DNA from: Gammaproteobacteria bacterium
GTDB taxonomy: Bacteria > Pseudomonadota > Gammaproteobacteria > Natronospirales > REEB76
Length of the DNA stretch: 55,782 nucleotides
Assembly (NCBI GenBank): GCA_028864905.1
Contig: JAGWLP010000001.1
Span: 1 to 55,782, forward strand
Direction of reading: 5' to 3'
In this document: piece by piece, positions 42,440 to 53,470 of the stretch
Numbering within the stretch: the first letter of the stretch is position 1
Layout of the letters: every line of letters starts with the position of its first letter
The notes under the pieces: generated by a model
The model's input: the letters and a program-made list of their open reading frames with translations, nothing else
What the model was told of the DNA's origin: nothing
Database searches by the model: none
Translations under genes and position numbers: made by a program

Positions 42440-43626
42440 GACGCCTGCCCCATCACCTGCGCGGCAATCCCGGTCGCCATGCTGCGCGCACGCCGGTCAC
42501 AGTCGAGCACCTCTTCAATGGAACCAGCGGCCGCGGAAGGACAGCGTTCCAGGGTCTCGCTCACCACCTCGGCAATCGCCGTGAACCGCAGCCGTTCCGA
42601 CAAAAACGCCTGCACCGCGATTTCGTTGGCCGCGTTCAGCACCAGCGGCGCGCTGCCACCGGTCTTGGCCGCTTCGATGGCCAGACTCAAGCACGGGAAC
42701 GCCGCGAAATCCGGCGGTTCAAAATCCAGATGCGCCACACCGAACAGGTCCAGCGGCTGGATGCCGGCCTGGATGCGCTCCGGCCAGGCGAGCCCGCAGG
42801 CGATGGGCGTGCGCATGTCCGGATTGCCGAGCTGCGCCAGCACCGAACCGTCGGCATATTCCACCAGCGAGTGCACCACGCTCTGCGGATGCACCACCAC
42901 ATCGATGCATTCGGGCGGCAGATCGAACAGCCAGCATGCCTCGTTCACTTCCAGGCCCTTGTTCATGAGCGTGGCGGAGTCCACCGAGATTTTGCGCCCC
43001 ATTTTCCAGCGCGGATGCGCACACGCCTGATCCGGCGTGGCCGTGTGCCGCCGTTCCCGCGACCAGCCGCGGAACGGGCCGCCCGAGCAGGTGAGCAGCA
43101 GGCGGCGTACGCCCTCGGGACGTGCGCCGGCACGATACCCGTTCGGCATGCACTGAAACAGCGCGTTGTGCTCGCTGTCGATTGGCAGCAGTTCGGCGCC
43201 GTAACTGCGCACCGCCTGCATGAACAGCGCACCGCTCATGACCAGCGATTCCTTGTTGGCGAGCAGCACGCGCTTGCCGGCCTTGACGGCGGCCAGCGTC
43301 GCGAGCAGCCCGGCCGCGCCCACGATCGCGGCCATCACGCAGTCGCTCTCCGGCAGCGCCGCGACGTCTTCCAGGGCGCGCGCACCCGCGAGCACTTCGG
43401 TTTTCAGGCCCTGCGCCTTGAGCTGCGCGCGCAATTCCCGTGCCGCGACCTCCTCCACCATCACCGCATAATCCGGCTGGTGCTCGCGGCACTGGCCGAG
43501 CAGGCGCTCGACATTGCTGCGCGCCGTCAGCGCCACCACGCGGTAGTCCTCGCGATGGCGCCCGACGACATCCAGGGTGCTCATGCCGATGCTGCCGGTG
43601 GCGCCGAGGATCGTCACGCCCTTCAT
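42436..43626 (-). CDS. dxr: 1-deoxy-D-xylulose 5-phosphate reductoisomerase
   Basis: 396 aa. [50 protein letters not shown]. Confidence 0.97.
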   Translation of the reverse strand: MKGVTILGATGSIGMSTLDVVGRHREDYRVVALTARSNVERLLGQCREHQPDYAVMVEEVAARELRAQLKAQGLKTEVLAGARALEDVAALPESDCVMAAIVGAAGLLATLAAVKAGKRVLLANKESLVMSGALFMQAVRSYGAELLPIDSEHNALFQCMPNGYRAGARPEGVRRLLLTCSGGPFRGWSRERRHTATPDQACAHPRWKMGRKISVDSATLMNKGLEVNEACWLFDLPPECIDVVVHPQSVVHSLVEYADGSVLAQLGNPDMRTPIACGLAWPERIQAGIQPLDLFGVAHLDFEPPDFAAFPCLSLAIEAAKTGGSAPLVLNAANEIAVQAFLSERLRFTAIAEVVSETLERCPSAAAGSIEEVLDCDRRARSMATGIAAQVMGQAS

Positions 43627-44426
43627 TTCAGGCGCTCCAGGATCGCCAGACCCAGCCAGAAAGCCGGCAGCGCGGCCGTCAGGCTGTCAATGCGGTCGAG
43701 CACGCCGCCGTGACCGGGAAACAGCCGGCCGCTGTCCTTGAGCGCGGCTTCACGTTTGAACATGCTTTCGGAAAGATCGCCCACGATGGACAGCCAGCCT
43801 GTGAGTACACACACCAGAATAAGAGCATAGCCGCCGGCCGGCAGCGCCCAGAACACACCGGCGCAGGCCACGGCCAGCAGCGCCAGCGTAGCACCGGCGA
43901 CGCCCTCCCAGGTTTTGCCGGGGCTCACTTCGGGCGCAAGCTTGCGCCGCCCGAAGGCCCGCCCGGCGAAATACGCGGCAATATCCGCCGCCCAGATCAG
44001 CACCAGCAGGAACAGCAGCTTGCGCCGGCCGTCGACACTGGCATGCAGTGCGATGGTGGCAACCCACGCGGGCAGGATTGTCAGCAGGCCGCACAGCAAT
44101 TTTACGGGCAGCGCAAATTCCCTGCGCCAGACGGCGATCCAGACGAGCGCGAACAGCCACCAGCCCAGCGCCGCCCCAGTCGTGATCCACAGCACCCAAT
44201 TGTTGTGCCGCAGCACCCAGAAGCAGATGAGCAGCACCGCCAGCAGCAGTGTGAAAGCGGCTTGCAGCCACGGCGCGCGCAGTCTGGACAGGGCGGTCCA
44301 TTCCCACGCGGCCGCCAGCGCCACCACTCCGGCCGCCAGACCCAGCGCCCAAGTGGGTGCAAACCACACCAGCGCCACGACTGCCGGCACCAGGATTGCG
44401 GCGGTGAGGATGCGCAGCTTAAGCAT
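43623..44426 (-). CDS. cdsA: Phosphatidate cytidylyltransferase
   Basis: 267 aa from [22 protein letters not shown]. Polytopic membrane protein. C-terminal signature [28 protein letters not shown]. Confidence 0.93.
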   Translation of the reverse strand: MLKLRILTAAILVPAVVALVWFAPTWALGLAAGVVALAAAWEWTALSRLRAPWLQAAFTLLLAVLLICFWVLRHNNWVLWITTGAALGWWLFALVWIAVWRREFALPVKLLCGLLTILPAWVATIALHASVDGRRKLLFLLVLIWAADIAAYFAGRAFGRRKLAPEVSPGKTWEGVAGATLALLAVACAGVFWALPAGGYALILVCVLTGWLSIVGDLSESMFKREAALKDSGRLFPGHGGVLDRIDSLTAALPAFWLGLAILERLK

Positions 44427-45165
44427 GATCCGCGTCCCGGGTCTGTTCGGGTGTGCGGCCGAAACGCCGCTGGCGTTGCGCAAACCAGCTCAACGCCGCC
44501 TCCAGCGCCGCAGCATCAAAATCCGGCCACAGCACCTCGGTGAAATACAGCTCGGTGTACGCCAGATTCCACAACAGAAAATTGCTGATGCGCTGTTCGC
44601 CACCGGTGCGGATGAAGAGATCGGGATCCGGCAGCTCCGCGAGCGCCAGCGCATGCGACACTTGCGGTTCGTCCAACTCCTCGACACGCAAGCGCCCGCT
44701 TACGGCCTCGCCCACCAGGCGCCTCGCGGCCTGCAACAAATCCCAGCGTCCACCGTAACCCGCCGCGATGTTCAACACCAGGCCGTTATTGCCGGCCGTC
44801 AACTCTTCGGATTCACGCATGCCCTGTTGCAGCGCCGCCGAAAACTGTTCACGTGCACCGATGAAGCGCATGCGTACCTTGTTCTTGTGCAGTTCCGCGA
44901 TTTCGCTTTCCAGCGCGTTCATGAACAAGCCCATGAGACTGCCAACCTCCGGCTGCGGGCGCCGCCAGTTCTCGCTGCTGAAGGCAAACAGGGTGAGTGC
45001 GCCGATGCCGCGTTGCACGCAGGCCTCGATCAGGCGGCGCGCCGCGGTGAGACCTGCACGATGGCCGGCCTGGCGCGGCAGCAGACGACGCTGCGCCCAG
45101 CGGCCATTACCGTCCATGATGACGGCAATGTGGCGCGGCAGACTGAAGCCTTCATCTTTCGTCAT
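44419..45165 (-). CDS. uppS: Ditrans,polycis-undecaprenyl-diphosphate synthase
   Basis: 248 aa. HIAVIMDGNGRWA, LTLFAFSSENWRRP, FIRTGGEQRISNFLLWNLAYTELYF. Confidence 0.97.
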   Translation of the reverse strand: MTKDEGFSLPRHIAVIMDGNGRWAQRRLLPRQAGHRAGLTAARRLIEACVQRGIGALTLFAFSSENWRRPQPEVGSLMGLFMNALESEIAELHKNKVRMRFIGAREQFSAALQQGMRESEELTAGNNGLVLNIAAGYGGRWDLLQAARRLVGEAVSGRLRVEELDEPQVSHALALAELPDPDLFIRTGGEQRISNFLLWNLAYTELYFTEVLWPDFDAAALEAALSWFAQRQRRFGRTPEQTRDADHA

Positions 45166-45206
45166 GGGGTGGATTCCGGCGCGCTGCCCCGCGCCTCAGG
45201 CAAGGT

Positions 45207-45767
45207 TCAGACTTCCAGCAGCTCGGTTTCCTTGGCGGCCAGAATCTTGTCTATACCCGCGATATGCCGGTCGGTGAGCTTCTGAATGTCATCCTGGGTG
45301 CGGCGCTCCTGGTCCTCGGTGATTTTCCGGTCCTTGAGCGCGGTCTTGAGTTCCGTATTCGCATCGCGGCGCGCATTGCGGATGGCCACGCGCGCGCCCT
45401 CGGCTTCCTGGCGCGCCAGCTTGATGATTTCGCGCCGCCGTTCCTCGGTAAGCTGCGGCATGGGCACGCGAATCACGTTGCCGGCGGTGGCCGGGGTCAG
45501 GCCCAGATCCGACGTCATAATGGCCTTCTCGATCACCGGGATCATCTGCTTTTCCCAGGGCGTGATGTTGAGCGTGCGTGCATCCGAGGCGCTGACGTTG
45601 GCCACCTGGTTGAGCGGAACTTCCGATCCGTAATAGGCCACGCGGATGTGATCCAGCAGACTGGTGTGGGCACGGCCAGTGCGCAGCCGGGCGAGCACAT
45701 CCTTGAGCGTGTCCACGGCTTTCTGCATGCGGCCATCCGCATGCTTCTTCAGATCGTCAGTCGTCAT
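45207..45767 (-). CDS. frr: Ribosome recycling factor
   Basis: 186 aa. [50 protein letters not shown]. Confidence 0.97.
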   Translation of the reverse strand: MTTDDLKKHADGRMQKAVDTLKDVLARLRTGRAHTSLLDHIRVAYYGSEVPLNQVANVSASDARTLNITPWEKQMIPVIEKAIMTSDLGLTPATAGNVIRVPMPQLTEERRREIIKLARQEAEGARVAIRNARRDANTELKTALKDRKITEDQERRTQDDIQKLTDRHIAGIDKILAAKETELLEV

Positions 45768-46501
45768 GTTGAACCTCCGTTATCCACCAGGGTACCCACA
45801 TTGGGGGTGCCCTGGACGATGCGCAGCAGGTCGCCGGCACGGGTGAGATCAAAGATTCGCAGTGGAATATTGTTGTCGCGGCACAGGACGACGGCGGTGG
45901 CATCCATGACCCCGAGCTTGTCGGCCAGTACCCGGTCATAGGTGATGTGCGCGTAGCGCTGTGCCTGCGGATGCTGCTTGGGATCAGCGGCATACACACC
46001 GTCCACCTTGGTGGCTTTGAGCAGCAGCTCGCATCCGGTTTCGATGGCACGCAGCGCCGCGGCGGTGTCGGTGGTAAAGAACGGATTGCCAGTGCCGGCC
46101 GCAAAGATGCACACCCGTCCCTTTTCCAGGTGGCGCACCGCGCGCCGGCGGATGTAGTCCTCGCACACCTCGTTGACGCTCAGTCCCGACATCACGCGCA
46201 CGTACACGCCCAGGCGCTCGAGCGCGTCCTGCATGGCGAGGGAATTCATGATGGTGGCCAGCATGCCCATGTGGTCCGCGGTGATGCGGTCCATGCCGGC
46301 GCGCGCCAGTCCGGCGCCACGGAAAATATTGCCGCCGCCGATGACCATGCCGATTTGCACGCCGAGATCGCGCACCGCGCGCACTTCTTCGGCCAACTGC
46401 TTGATGACGACCGGATCGACGCCGTAGTCGACGCGGCCCATGAGGGCTTCGCCGCTCAGCTTGAGAAGTATGCGCCGGTAGGCCGGAGCCGGGTTCGACA
46501 T
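45764..46501 (-). CDS. pyrH: UMP kinase
   Basis: 245 aa from [52 protein letters not shown]. The 359-aa track ORF is an extension into the tsf spacer. Confidence 0.96.
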   Translation of the reverse strand: MSNPAPAYRRILLKLSGEALMGRVDYGVDPVVIKQLAEEVRAVRDLGVQIGMVIGGGNIFRGAGLARAGMDRITADHMGMLATIMNSLAMQDALERLGVYVRVMSGLSVNEVCEDYIRRRAVRHLEKGRVCIFAAGTGNPFFTTDTAAALRAIETGCELLLKATKVDGVYAADPKQHPQAQRYAHITYDRVLADKLGVMDATAVVLCRDNNIPLRIFDLTRAGDLLRIVQGTPNVGTLVDNGGST

Positions 46502-46529
46502 TGATGCGCCGCCACGCCAGGGATATGCA

Positions 46530-46550
46530 GAGCCCCGCAACGCGGGGCTC
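46530..46550 (-). terminator. Strong hairpin downstream of tsf (possible partial terminator or mRNA-stabilising stem; no U-tract)
   Basis: The minus strand reads GAGCCCCGC-GTT-GCGGGGCTC, a perfect 9-bp GC-rich stem, 52 nt after the tsf stop and 29 nt before the pyrH start. It is followed by TGCATATCC rather than a T-run. Confidence 0.3.
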
Positions 46551-46601
46551 CCAGCGGAATTGTACCGTAAACCGCCGCCGCCCGTGTTGCGGCAGCGCGC
46601 T

Positions 46602-47477
46602 TCAGGCGGTTTTCGCGGCCTGGGCTTTGACCTCGGCGGCGAAGTCTTCCTGCTTCTTTTCGATGCCCTCGCCCACTTCGAAGCGCGCGAATCGCAATGC
46701 CTTGGCGCCATGGCGCGCCAGCAGCTTGTCCACCGATATATCCGGTTCCTTGACGAACGGCTGACCCAGCAAGGTGATTTCCCCGAGGTATTTCCGCAGC
46801 CGTCCTTCGACCATCTTCTCGACGATCGCTTCCGGCTTGCCACTGTCGGCGGATTGGGCGCGGATGATTTCGCGTTCCTTGTCGAGCACTTGAGCCGGCA
46901 TCTGATCGGGGCTCACGCACAGCGGCCGGCTGGCGGCCACGTGCATGGCAATGTCCCTGGCAAGGGCGGTATCACCGCCCTGCAACTCCACGAGCACGCC
47001 GATGCGCGCGCCGTGCAGATAACTGCCGAGCGTTGCGCCACTTTTGAAGTACGTGCCGCGCCGCACGCTCACGTTCTCGCCGATCTTGGCGACCAGTTCG
47101 CGGCGTGCGGTATCCACGCTGGCGCCGCCCGTCAGCCGCAGCGTGTCGAGCGTAGCGGGATCCTGTGGTGCCTGTTCGAGCAGCGCTTGTGCCACGTGCG
47201 CGGCGAATGCCTTGAAGTCCTCGCCGTTGGCGACGAAGTCGGTTTCGCAATTCACCTCGACCATGGCGACTGCGCCCTGCATCTGCGCAATCGCAATCCG
47301 GCCTTCGGCCGCAATGCGCCCGGCTTTCTTGTCGGCCTTGGCGAGTCCGGCCTTGCGCATGTGCTCGACGGCGCGTTCCAGATCGCCGCCGGTTTCTGCC
47401 AGCGCCTTCTTGCACTCCATCATGCCGGCGCCGGTGCGCTCGCGCAGTTCCTTGACCAAAGATGCCGAAATCGTCAT
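46602..47477 (-). CDS. tsf: Translation elongation factor Ts
   Basis: 291 aa. [44 protein letters not shown]. Downstream of rpsB. Confidence 0.97.
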   Translation of the reverse strand: MTISASLVKELRERTGAGMMECKKALAETGGDLERAVEHMRKAGLAKADKKAGRIAAEGRIAIAQMQGAVAMVEVNCETDFVANGEDFKAFAAHVAQALLEQAPQDPATLDTLRLTGGASVDTARRELVAKIGENVSVRRGTYFKSGATLGSYLHGARIGVLVELQGGDTALARDIAMHVAASRPLCVSPDQMPAQVLDKEREIIRAQSADSGKPEAIVEKMVEGRLRKYLGEITLLGQPFVKEPDISVDKLLARHGAKALRFARFEVGEGIEKKQEDFAAEVKAQAAKTA

Positions 47478-47542
47478 GCAAAATCCTGTAGTGAACGTGT
47501 GCCAACCCGCACCGGTTGCCGTCGCACCGGAGTGTCGCGGTG

Positions 47543-48547
47543 CTACTCGCCGCTGTCTTCGGCTTTGTCTTTCTTGGCCACGCGCTTGTGGCTCGCGGCT
47601 TTTTTGACCGGCGACTTTTTGCGCACCACGGGTTTGTGTACCGGAGTCCCGTCAGCCGCGTCCGCCGGTGCCGCCTGCGCTGCGGGGGCGGTCGCTTGCG
47701 CGGGCGCCGGGGCCGCAGGTCTTTCCGCGGGTTTGCGCCGCGCCGCAGGCTTTTTGGCGGTGGTCATCTTCACCGGTGCCCGGCGGCGGCCGCGGCCGCG
47801 CTTCGGATTGCCGTGCTCATCCAGCTCCACGAACTCATCTTCGTCGCTGCCCGCGAGTTGCGGCATGGATTCGCGCCCGGCGAGCACTGCATCCGCCACG
47901 CCCTCGGCGTACAGCTGAATGGCGCGAATCGCGTCGTCGTTGCCGGGAATCACGTAATCCACGCCGTCCGGCGCGTTGTTGGTGTCCACGATGGCCACGA
48001 TGGGAATGCCCAGCTTGCGCGCCTCGCTGACCGCGATCTTCTCGTGGCCAACGTCAATCACGAACAGCGCGTCCGGCAGGTTGTTCATGTCCTTGATGCC
48101 GCCCAGGCTTTTTTCCAGTTTTTCCATCTCGCGACGCAGGCGGATGACTTCCATTTTCCCCAGGCGTTCGAAGGTACCGTCCTCCGACTGCACATCGAGT
48201 TCGTGCATGCGCTTGATGGACTGGCGCACGGTCTTGAAATTCGTGAGGGTACCGCCCAACCAGCGTTGTGTGACGTACGGCATGGCGCAGCGCTGCGCCT
48301 GCGCGCTGACGGCCTCGCGCGCCGCGCGTTTGGTGCCCACGAACAGCAGCGTGCCGCCGTCGGTCACCAGGCGCTTGACGAACTCCAGCGCCTCGCGATA
48401 CAGCGGCAGCGTCTTTTCCAGATTGATGATGTGGATACGGCTGCGCTCGCCAAAGATGTACGGTGCCATCTTCGGGTTCCAATAACGTGTCTGGTGGCCG
48501 AAATGCACGCCAGCTTCCAGCATCTGGCGCATGGACAGCTCGCCCAT
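47543..48547 (-). CDS. rpsB: 30S ribosomal protein S2 with ~90-aa basic Lys/Ala/Pro-rich C-terminal extension
   Basis: 334 aa from [27 protein letters not shown]. The canonical S2 core runs to about residue 244. The tail follows: [89 protein letters not shown]. Confidence 0.95.
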   Translation of the reverse strand: MGELSMRQMLEAGVHFGHQTRYWNPKMAPYIFGERSRIHIINLEKTLPLYREALEFVKRLVTDGGTLLFVGTKRAAREAVSAQAQRCAMPYVTQRWLGGTLTNFKTVRQSIKRMHELDVQSEDGTFERLGKMEVIRLRREMEKLEKSLGGIKDMNNLPDALFVIDVGHEKIAVSEARKLGIPIVAIVDTNNAPDGVDYVIPGNDDAIRAIQLYAEGVADAVLAGRESMPQLAGSDEDEFVELDEHGNPKRGRGRRRAPVKMTTAKKPAARRKPAERPAAPAPAQATAPAAQAAPADAADGTPVHKPVVRKKSPVKKAASHKRVAKKDKAEDSGE

Positions 48548-48735
48548 GGATGTACTCCGTGCGGTTCGGAACCCGGAGGTTCCAGGGGTTAGGCCTCCAT
48601 ACACCCCGAATCGCAACCCTGGTCCAAGCGGACCGGCGGGCACCCCGCGAGCGGTATCGGTGTATGTGTGGGTTTAGTGAAATTCGCCGGCCTGCAGCCG
48701 GCGGTTTGCCAAAAAAGGCCGCGCTTTATACCATA
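48548..48735 (-). promoter_or_regulatory. rpsB extended -10 promoter and long structured 5' leader (probable S2 autoregulatory leader)
   Basis: The minus strand has TATGGTATAAA at 48735..48725, against E. coli rpsB TGTGGTATAAA (extended -10, TGnTATAAA). About 170 nt follow before the ATG, with stems CGCCGGC-TGCAG-GCCGGCG, GGGGT...ACCCC and GGAACC-TCCG-GGTTCC. Confidence 0.5.
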
Positions 48736-48809
48736 AGCCGCCCACAACGGCAACGCCGACCCGGGCTTGAACAGCACGTCGGTAGCCCCATTCATCCAAC
48801 CGAACTCTC

Positions 48810-49577
48810 ATGCCCGTCACCATCAAATCCGCGGAAGAACAAGCCAAGATGCGCGTGGCCGGACGGCTCGCGGCCGAGGTGCTCGACACGATCGCGCCCT
48901 ACGTACAGCCGGGCGTGACCACCGAAGAACTCGACCGCGTGTGTCACGACTACATCGTCAACGTGCAACACGCGATTCCGGCCAACGTCGGCTACCACGG
49001 CTTCCCCAAGACGCTGTGCACTTCGGTGAACCATGTCGTGTGCCACGGAATTCCGGGTGACCGCAAACTCAAGCACGGCGACATCCTCAACATTGACGTG
49101 ACCGTCATCAAGGACGGCTTTCACGGCGACACCAGCAAGATGTACTACGTGGGCGAACCCTCGGTACAGGCGCGCCGCCTGGTACAGGTCACGCACGACG
49201 CCATGCTCATCGGCATCGAGATGGTCAAGCCCGGCGTGCAGCTCGGCGACATCGGTCACGCCATCCAGCGTTGCGCCGAGGAGCAGGGCTACTCGGTGGT
49301 GCGCGAGTACTGCGGCCACGGCATCGGCCGCGTGTATCACGAGGACCCGCAGGTACTGCACTACGGCACGCCCGGCACCGGTCTGGAACTGCAGTCCGGC
49401 ATGACCTTCACCATCGAACCGATGGTGAATGCCGGCAAACGTCACGTGCGCTTGTTGCCGGACGGCTGGACCGTGGTGACCAAGGATCATTCGCTCTCCG
49501 CGCAGTGGGAACACACCCTGCTGGTCACTCCATCCGGCCACGAAGTGCTGACCGCACGCGCCGGCGGCGAAATCTGA
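48810..49577 (+). CDS. map: Type I methionine aminopeptidase
   Basis: 255 aa. VCHGIPGDRKLKHGDILNIDVTVIKDGFHGDTSKMY, GHGIGRVYHEDPQVLHY, TIEPMVNAG, AQWEHTLLVT. Divergent from rpsB as in E. coli. Confidence 0.97.
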   Translation: MPVTIKSAEEQAKMRVAGRLAAEVLDTIAPYVQPGVTTEELDRVCHDYIVNVQHAIPANVGYHGFPKTLCTSVNHVVCHGIPGDRKLKHGDILNIDVTVIKDGFHGDTSKMYYVGEPSVQARRLVQVTHDAMLIGIEMVKPGVQLGDIGHAIQRCAEEQGYSVVREYCGHGIGRVYHEDPQVLHYGTPGTGLELQSGMTFTIEPMVNAGKRHVRLLPDGWTVVTKDHSLSAQWEHTLLVTPSGHEVLTARAGGEI

Positions 49578-49585
49578 CCGCGCGC

Positions 49586-52249
49586 TTGAACGCCACATCC
49601 GGCACCCCTGCCACCGCCCGTCCAGCCACCGCGCGCAAACCCGCACGATCCAGGCTGCATCCCGCACTCGAGCCATTGCGCGCGGCGTTACGCGCTGCCG
49701 ACCACAGCCTGCGCCAGCAATTCAGTGCCGGTGCGCCGGTTGAGCAATTGGTATGCGCGCGGGCGCAAGCGGTGGATGCCGCGGTACGGCACGCCTTCGA
49801 GTTGCACTTGTCCGCGGGCGCACAGGACCTGGCACTCGTGGCCGTCGGCGGCTACGGTCGCGGCGAGCTGCATCCGTACTCCGACATCGATCTGCTGATC
49901 CTGTTGCGGCAGGCGGACGGCGCACCCGAGCGGCGCGCCATCGGCGCATTCCTGGCCACGCTGTGGGATATCGGTCTCCAAGCCAGCCACAGCGTGCGCA
50001 CTGTGGCGGAATGCGTCACACAGGCGCGCGCCGATCTGAGCGTCGCCACCAACCTCATGGAAGCACGGCATCTGGCCGGAGCGGCCGATCTGTGCGTACA
50101 GCTGCAACGGCACATGCAGCCGCCGCAGATGTGGCCGGCAAAAGAATTCTTTCTCGCCAAGCAGCGCGAACAGCAACTGCGACATGCCAAGTATCACGAC
50201 ACCGCCTACCGGCTGGAGCCCAACGTCAAGGAGAGCCCTGGCGGTTTGCGCGACATCCAGACGATTTCCTGGGTCGCACAGCGCTACACCGGCGCGCTCA
50301 GCCCGCAGGAACTGTTGACGCGTGGTTTTCTGACCGCGGATGAACAGCGAGCGTTGCAACAAGGACAGGGCTTTCTGTGGCGCGTGCGCTTTGCCCTGCA
50401 CTTGCTCTACGGCCGGCGCGAAGACCGCCTGCTGTTCGACGCCCAGCCGCGTCTGGCAAAGCAATTCGACTACCGTGATGCGCCCGACAATCCGGCCGTC
50501 GAGCAGTTCATGCAGACGTATTACCGCACCATCAAGGAACTCAGCCTGCTCAACGAAATGCTGTTGCAGTCGCTGGAAGAAGTGATCCTCGCGGACGGAT
50601 CGCCGGCGCCCACGGTCCTGGATGACAACTTCGAGGAACGCGGCGGTTTCCTGCGGCTGCGCGATCCCGAGCTGTTCGCACAAAGTCCCGCGGCGTTGCT
50701 GGACACGTTCCATGTGTTACAGCAGCATCCACGCCTCAAGGGCGTAAGCGCGCAAACCTTGCGCAGCTTGCGCGCCAATCTCGAGCGCATCGATGACGGG
50801 TTCCGTGCCGCGCCGGAGCAGCGCGCGCAGTTCATGCAGATTCTGCGCGCACCGCAGGGCGTGACCCACGAACTGCGGCGTATGAACCGCTATGGGGTGC
50901 TGGGGCGCTACCTGCCCGCCTTCGGCCACATCGTCGGCCGCATGCAGTACGACCTGTTCCATGCCTACACTGTGGACGAGCACATACTGTTCGTCATCGG
51001 CAATCTGCGGCGCTTTGCCTTGAGCCGCTACGACCAGGAATTTCCCCAATGCAGCCGCATCATGCAGGCGCTGCCTAAACCCGAACTCGCGTATCTGGCC
51101 GCGCTCTTCCACGACATCGCCAAGGGCCGCGGTGGTGACCACTCGCAGTTGGGCGCTGAGGAAGCCGAAGCTTTCAGCCTGGACCACGGCCTGAGCCGCT
51201 ACGAAGCGCGCCTGGTCGGCTGGCTGGTGGAACATCATCTGCTGCTGTCGCTGACCGCCCAGAAACGCGACATCAGTGATCCGAAGGTGGTGCACGCTTT
51301 TGCGCGCGCGGTCGGCGACCAACTGCATCTGGATTACCTGTACGTGCTCACCGTGGCCGACGTGCGCGGCACCAATCCGGAATTGTGGAATTCCTGGAAA
51401 GCCAGCCTGTTCCACGAGCTGTATGCCGAAGCCAGCCGCGCATTGCGCCAGGGCCTGGAAAATCCCCTGGACAAGGACGAGCTGATCCGCGAAACGCAGT
51501 CGCAGGCGCTTGCCCTGCTGCGGGAACAGGGGCTCGAACCCGAGGATGCGCGCGAGGTCTGGACGATGTTCTCGCAGGAGTACTTCCTCAGCCACACCCC
51601 CGACGAAATTGCCTGGCATACCGCGGGCCTGCGCAGACGCCTCACGGGCAGCGCACCGCTGGTACTGCTGCGCCAGCAGGCCGCGCGCGGCGGCACCGCC
51701 GTCAGCGTCTACGCCGGGCCCGATGCATTCATTTTCGCGCGCGTGGCCGCGACGCTCGCGGAACTCGGGCTCACCATCCTGGACGCGCGCCTCGTGCCCA
51801 TGACGCAGGGCCGGCGGCTTGATACTTACGTGGTGCTGGAAGACGACCGCCAGCCGATCGTGGACTCCGAACGCCTTGCCGAAATCGCCCGCAGCGTGCA
51901 GCACGAGGCCCAGCGGCAGCAGCAGAGGCCGATGACGATCACGCGCCATGCACCGCGCCAGGTGCGCCTGTTCACCACACGCAGCGAAGTGGAGTTCGCC
52001 GCGGATCTCTCCGGCCGGCGTACCGCGCTGGAAATACGCGCCGGGGACCGGCCCGGCCTGCTGTCACTCATCGGCCAGGCGCTGGCGCAGTGCGAGATCC
52101 GCCTGTGGAATGCCAAAATAACCACCGTCGGTGAGCGCGCCGAAGACGTATTCCTCATAACCGATGGTAACAACCGGCCGCTCGACGATGCGGCCGCACG
52201 CGAGCGGCTGCGCACTGTGCTGCTCACCCAGCTGAACGACGCCGCGTGA
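49586..52249 (+). CDS. glnD: Bifunctional [protein-PII] uridylyltransferase/uridylyl-removing enzyme GlnD (start uncertain; TTG 49586 proposed)
   Basis: 887 aa from the first start codon after the map stop. Nucleotidyltransferase ALVAVGGYGRGELHPYSDIDLLIL. HD domain LAALFHDIAKGRGGDHSQLG. Two C-terminal ACT domains. The 992-aa track ORF overlaps map by 300 nt and is rejected. Confidence 0.9.
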   Translation: MNATSGTPATARPATARKPARSRLHPALEPLRAALRAADHSLRQQFSAGAPVEQLVCARAQAVDAAVRHAFELHLSAGAQDLALVAVGGYGRGELHPYSDIDLLILLRQADGAPERRAIGAFLATLWDIGLQASHSVRTVAECVTQARADLSVATNLMEARHLAGAADLCVQLQRHMQPPQMWPAKEFFLAKQREQQLRHAKYHDTAYRLEPNVKESPGGLRDIQTISWVAQRYTGALSPQELLTRGFLTADEQRALQQGQGFLWRVRFALHLLYGRREDRLLFDAQPRLAKQFDYRDAPDNPAVEQFMQTYYRTIKELSLLNEMLLQSLEEVILADGSPAPTVLDDNFEERGGFLRLRDPELFAQSPAALLDTFHVLQQHPRLKGVSAQTLRSLRANLERIDDGFRAAPEQRAQFMQILRAPQGVTHELRRMNRYGVLGRYLPAFGHIVGRMQYDLFHAYTVDEHILFVIGNLRRFALSRYDQEFPQCSRIMQALPKPELAYLAALFHDIAKGRGGDHSQLGAEEAEAFSLDHGLSRYEARLVGWLVEHHLLLSLTAQKRDISDPKVVHAFARAVGDQLHLDYLYVLTVADVRGTNPELWNSWKASLFHELYAEASRALRQGLENPLDKDELIRETQSQALALLREQGLEPEDAREVWTMFSQEYFLSHTPDEIAWHTAGLRRRLTGSAPLVLLRQQAARGGTAVSVYAGPDAFIFARVAATLAELGLTILDARLVPMTQGRRLDTYVVLEDDRQPIVDSERLAEIARSVQHEAQRQQQRPMTITRHAPRQVRLFTTRSEVEFAADLSGRRTALEIRAGDRPGLLSLIGQALAQCEIRLWNAKITTVGERAEDVFLITDGNNRPLDDAAARERLRTVLLTQLNDAA

Positions 52250-52273
52250 AAGCCCGACAACGACGGAACCCGC

Positions 52274-53470
52274 ATGAATCCTGATCTCGAGAAACTCTTC
52301 CCCTATCCCTTTGAGCGTCTGGCAAAGCTCAAGGAAGGCGTGACTCCGCCGGCGCATCTGCGCCACATCGCGCTCTCCATCGGTGAGCCCAAGCATGCGC
52401 CGCCGGAATTCGTGCTGCAGGCGCTGCGCGACAATCTCGGCGGGCTCGGCGCCTACCCCACGGCCAAGGGTCAGCCGGAATTGCGTGCGTCTATCGCGAG
52501 TTGGCTCACGCGCCGCTTCAAGCTTCAGCCCGGCCGGATTGACCCGGAACGCCAGGTGCTCCCGGTGTCCGGCACACGCGAAGGCCTGTTTGCCTTCGCG
52601 CAGGCGGTGATTGACCGCCGCGCCAATCCGGTGGTGCTGATGCCGAACCCGTTCTACCAGATTTACGAGGGTGCCGCGCTGCTGGCCGGCGCCGAGCCTT
52701 ATTACCTCAATACCCTGGAAGCCGGCGGCTTTTTGCCCGATCTGGACGCAGTGCCCGCGGAAATCTGGCAGCGCTGCCAACTCTTATATATATGCACGCC
52801 CGGCAACCCCACGGGTGCGGTCATGGACCGCGCCTATCTCGGCCGGGTGCTGGAACTCGCCGACCAACACGACTTCATCGTGGCCTCGGACGAATGCTAC
52901 GTCGAAATCTACCTGGACGAGGACAAGCCGCCTCCCGGCTTGCTGCAGGTCTGCGAGGAAACCGGCCGCCACGATTTCCACCGCTGCGTGGTGTTTCACA
53001 GTCTGTCGAAGCGTTCCAGCCTGCCGGGTTTGCGCTCGGGTTTCGTGGCCGGCGATGCCGACATCCTCGCGAAGTTTCTTCAGTACCGCACCTACCACGG
53101 CTGCGCGGTACCGCTGCCGGTGCAAGCGGCAAGCGTGCGGGCCTGGAACGACGAAGCTCATGTCGCCGACAACCGCCGTCTGTATCGGGTGAAATTCAAA
53201 TCCGCCATGGAGATTCTCGGCCCGGTGCTGAACCTGCAGTGTCCGCCGGCGGCGTTTTACCTCTGGCCGAAAACGCCGGTGGATGGCGAGCGTTTCGCTC
53301 GTGAGCTGTATGCCACGCAAAACCTCACGGTACTGCCCGGCAGCTATCTTTCGCGCCCAACTCCATCCGGCGATCCCGGCACAAACCGCGTGCGTATTTC
53401 GCTGGTCCCGCCGCTGGCCGAGTGCATCGAGGCGACCAAGCGCATCCGCAGCTACGTGGAGTCGCTGTGA
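52274..53470 (+). CDS. dapC: Succinyldiaminopimelate transaminase (class I/II aminotransferase)
   Basis: 398 aa. [30 protein letters not shown]-lysine region [16 protein letters not shown]. Immediately upstream of dapD-dapE. Confidence 0.85.
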   Translation: MNPDLEKLFPYPFERLAKLKEGVTPPAHLRHIALSIGEPKHAPPEFVLQALRDNLGGLGAYPTAKGQPELRASIASWLTRRFKLQPGRIDPERQVLPVSGTREGLFAFAQAVIDRRANPVVLMPNPFYQIYEGAALLAGAEPYYLNTLEAGGFLPDLDAVPAEIWQRCQLLYICTPGNPTGAVMDRAYLGRVLELADQHDFIVASDECYVEIYLDEDKPPPGLLQVCEETGRHDFHRCVVFHSLSKRSSLPGLRSGFVAGDADILAKFLQYRTYHGCAVPLPVQAASVRAWNDEAHVADNRRLYRVKFKSAMEILGPVLNLQCPPAAFYLWPKTPVDGERFARELYATQNLTVLPGSYLSRPTPSGDPGTNRVRISLVPPLAECIEATKRIRSYVESL

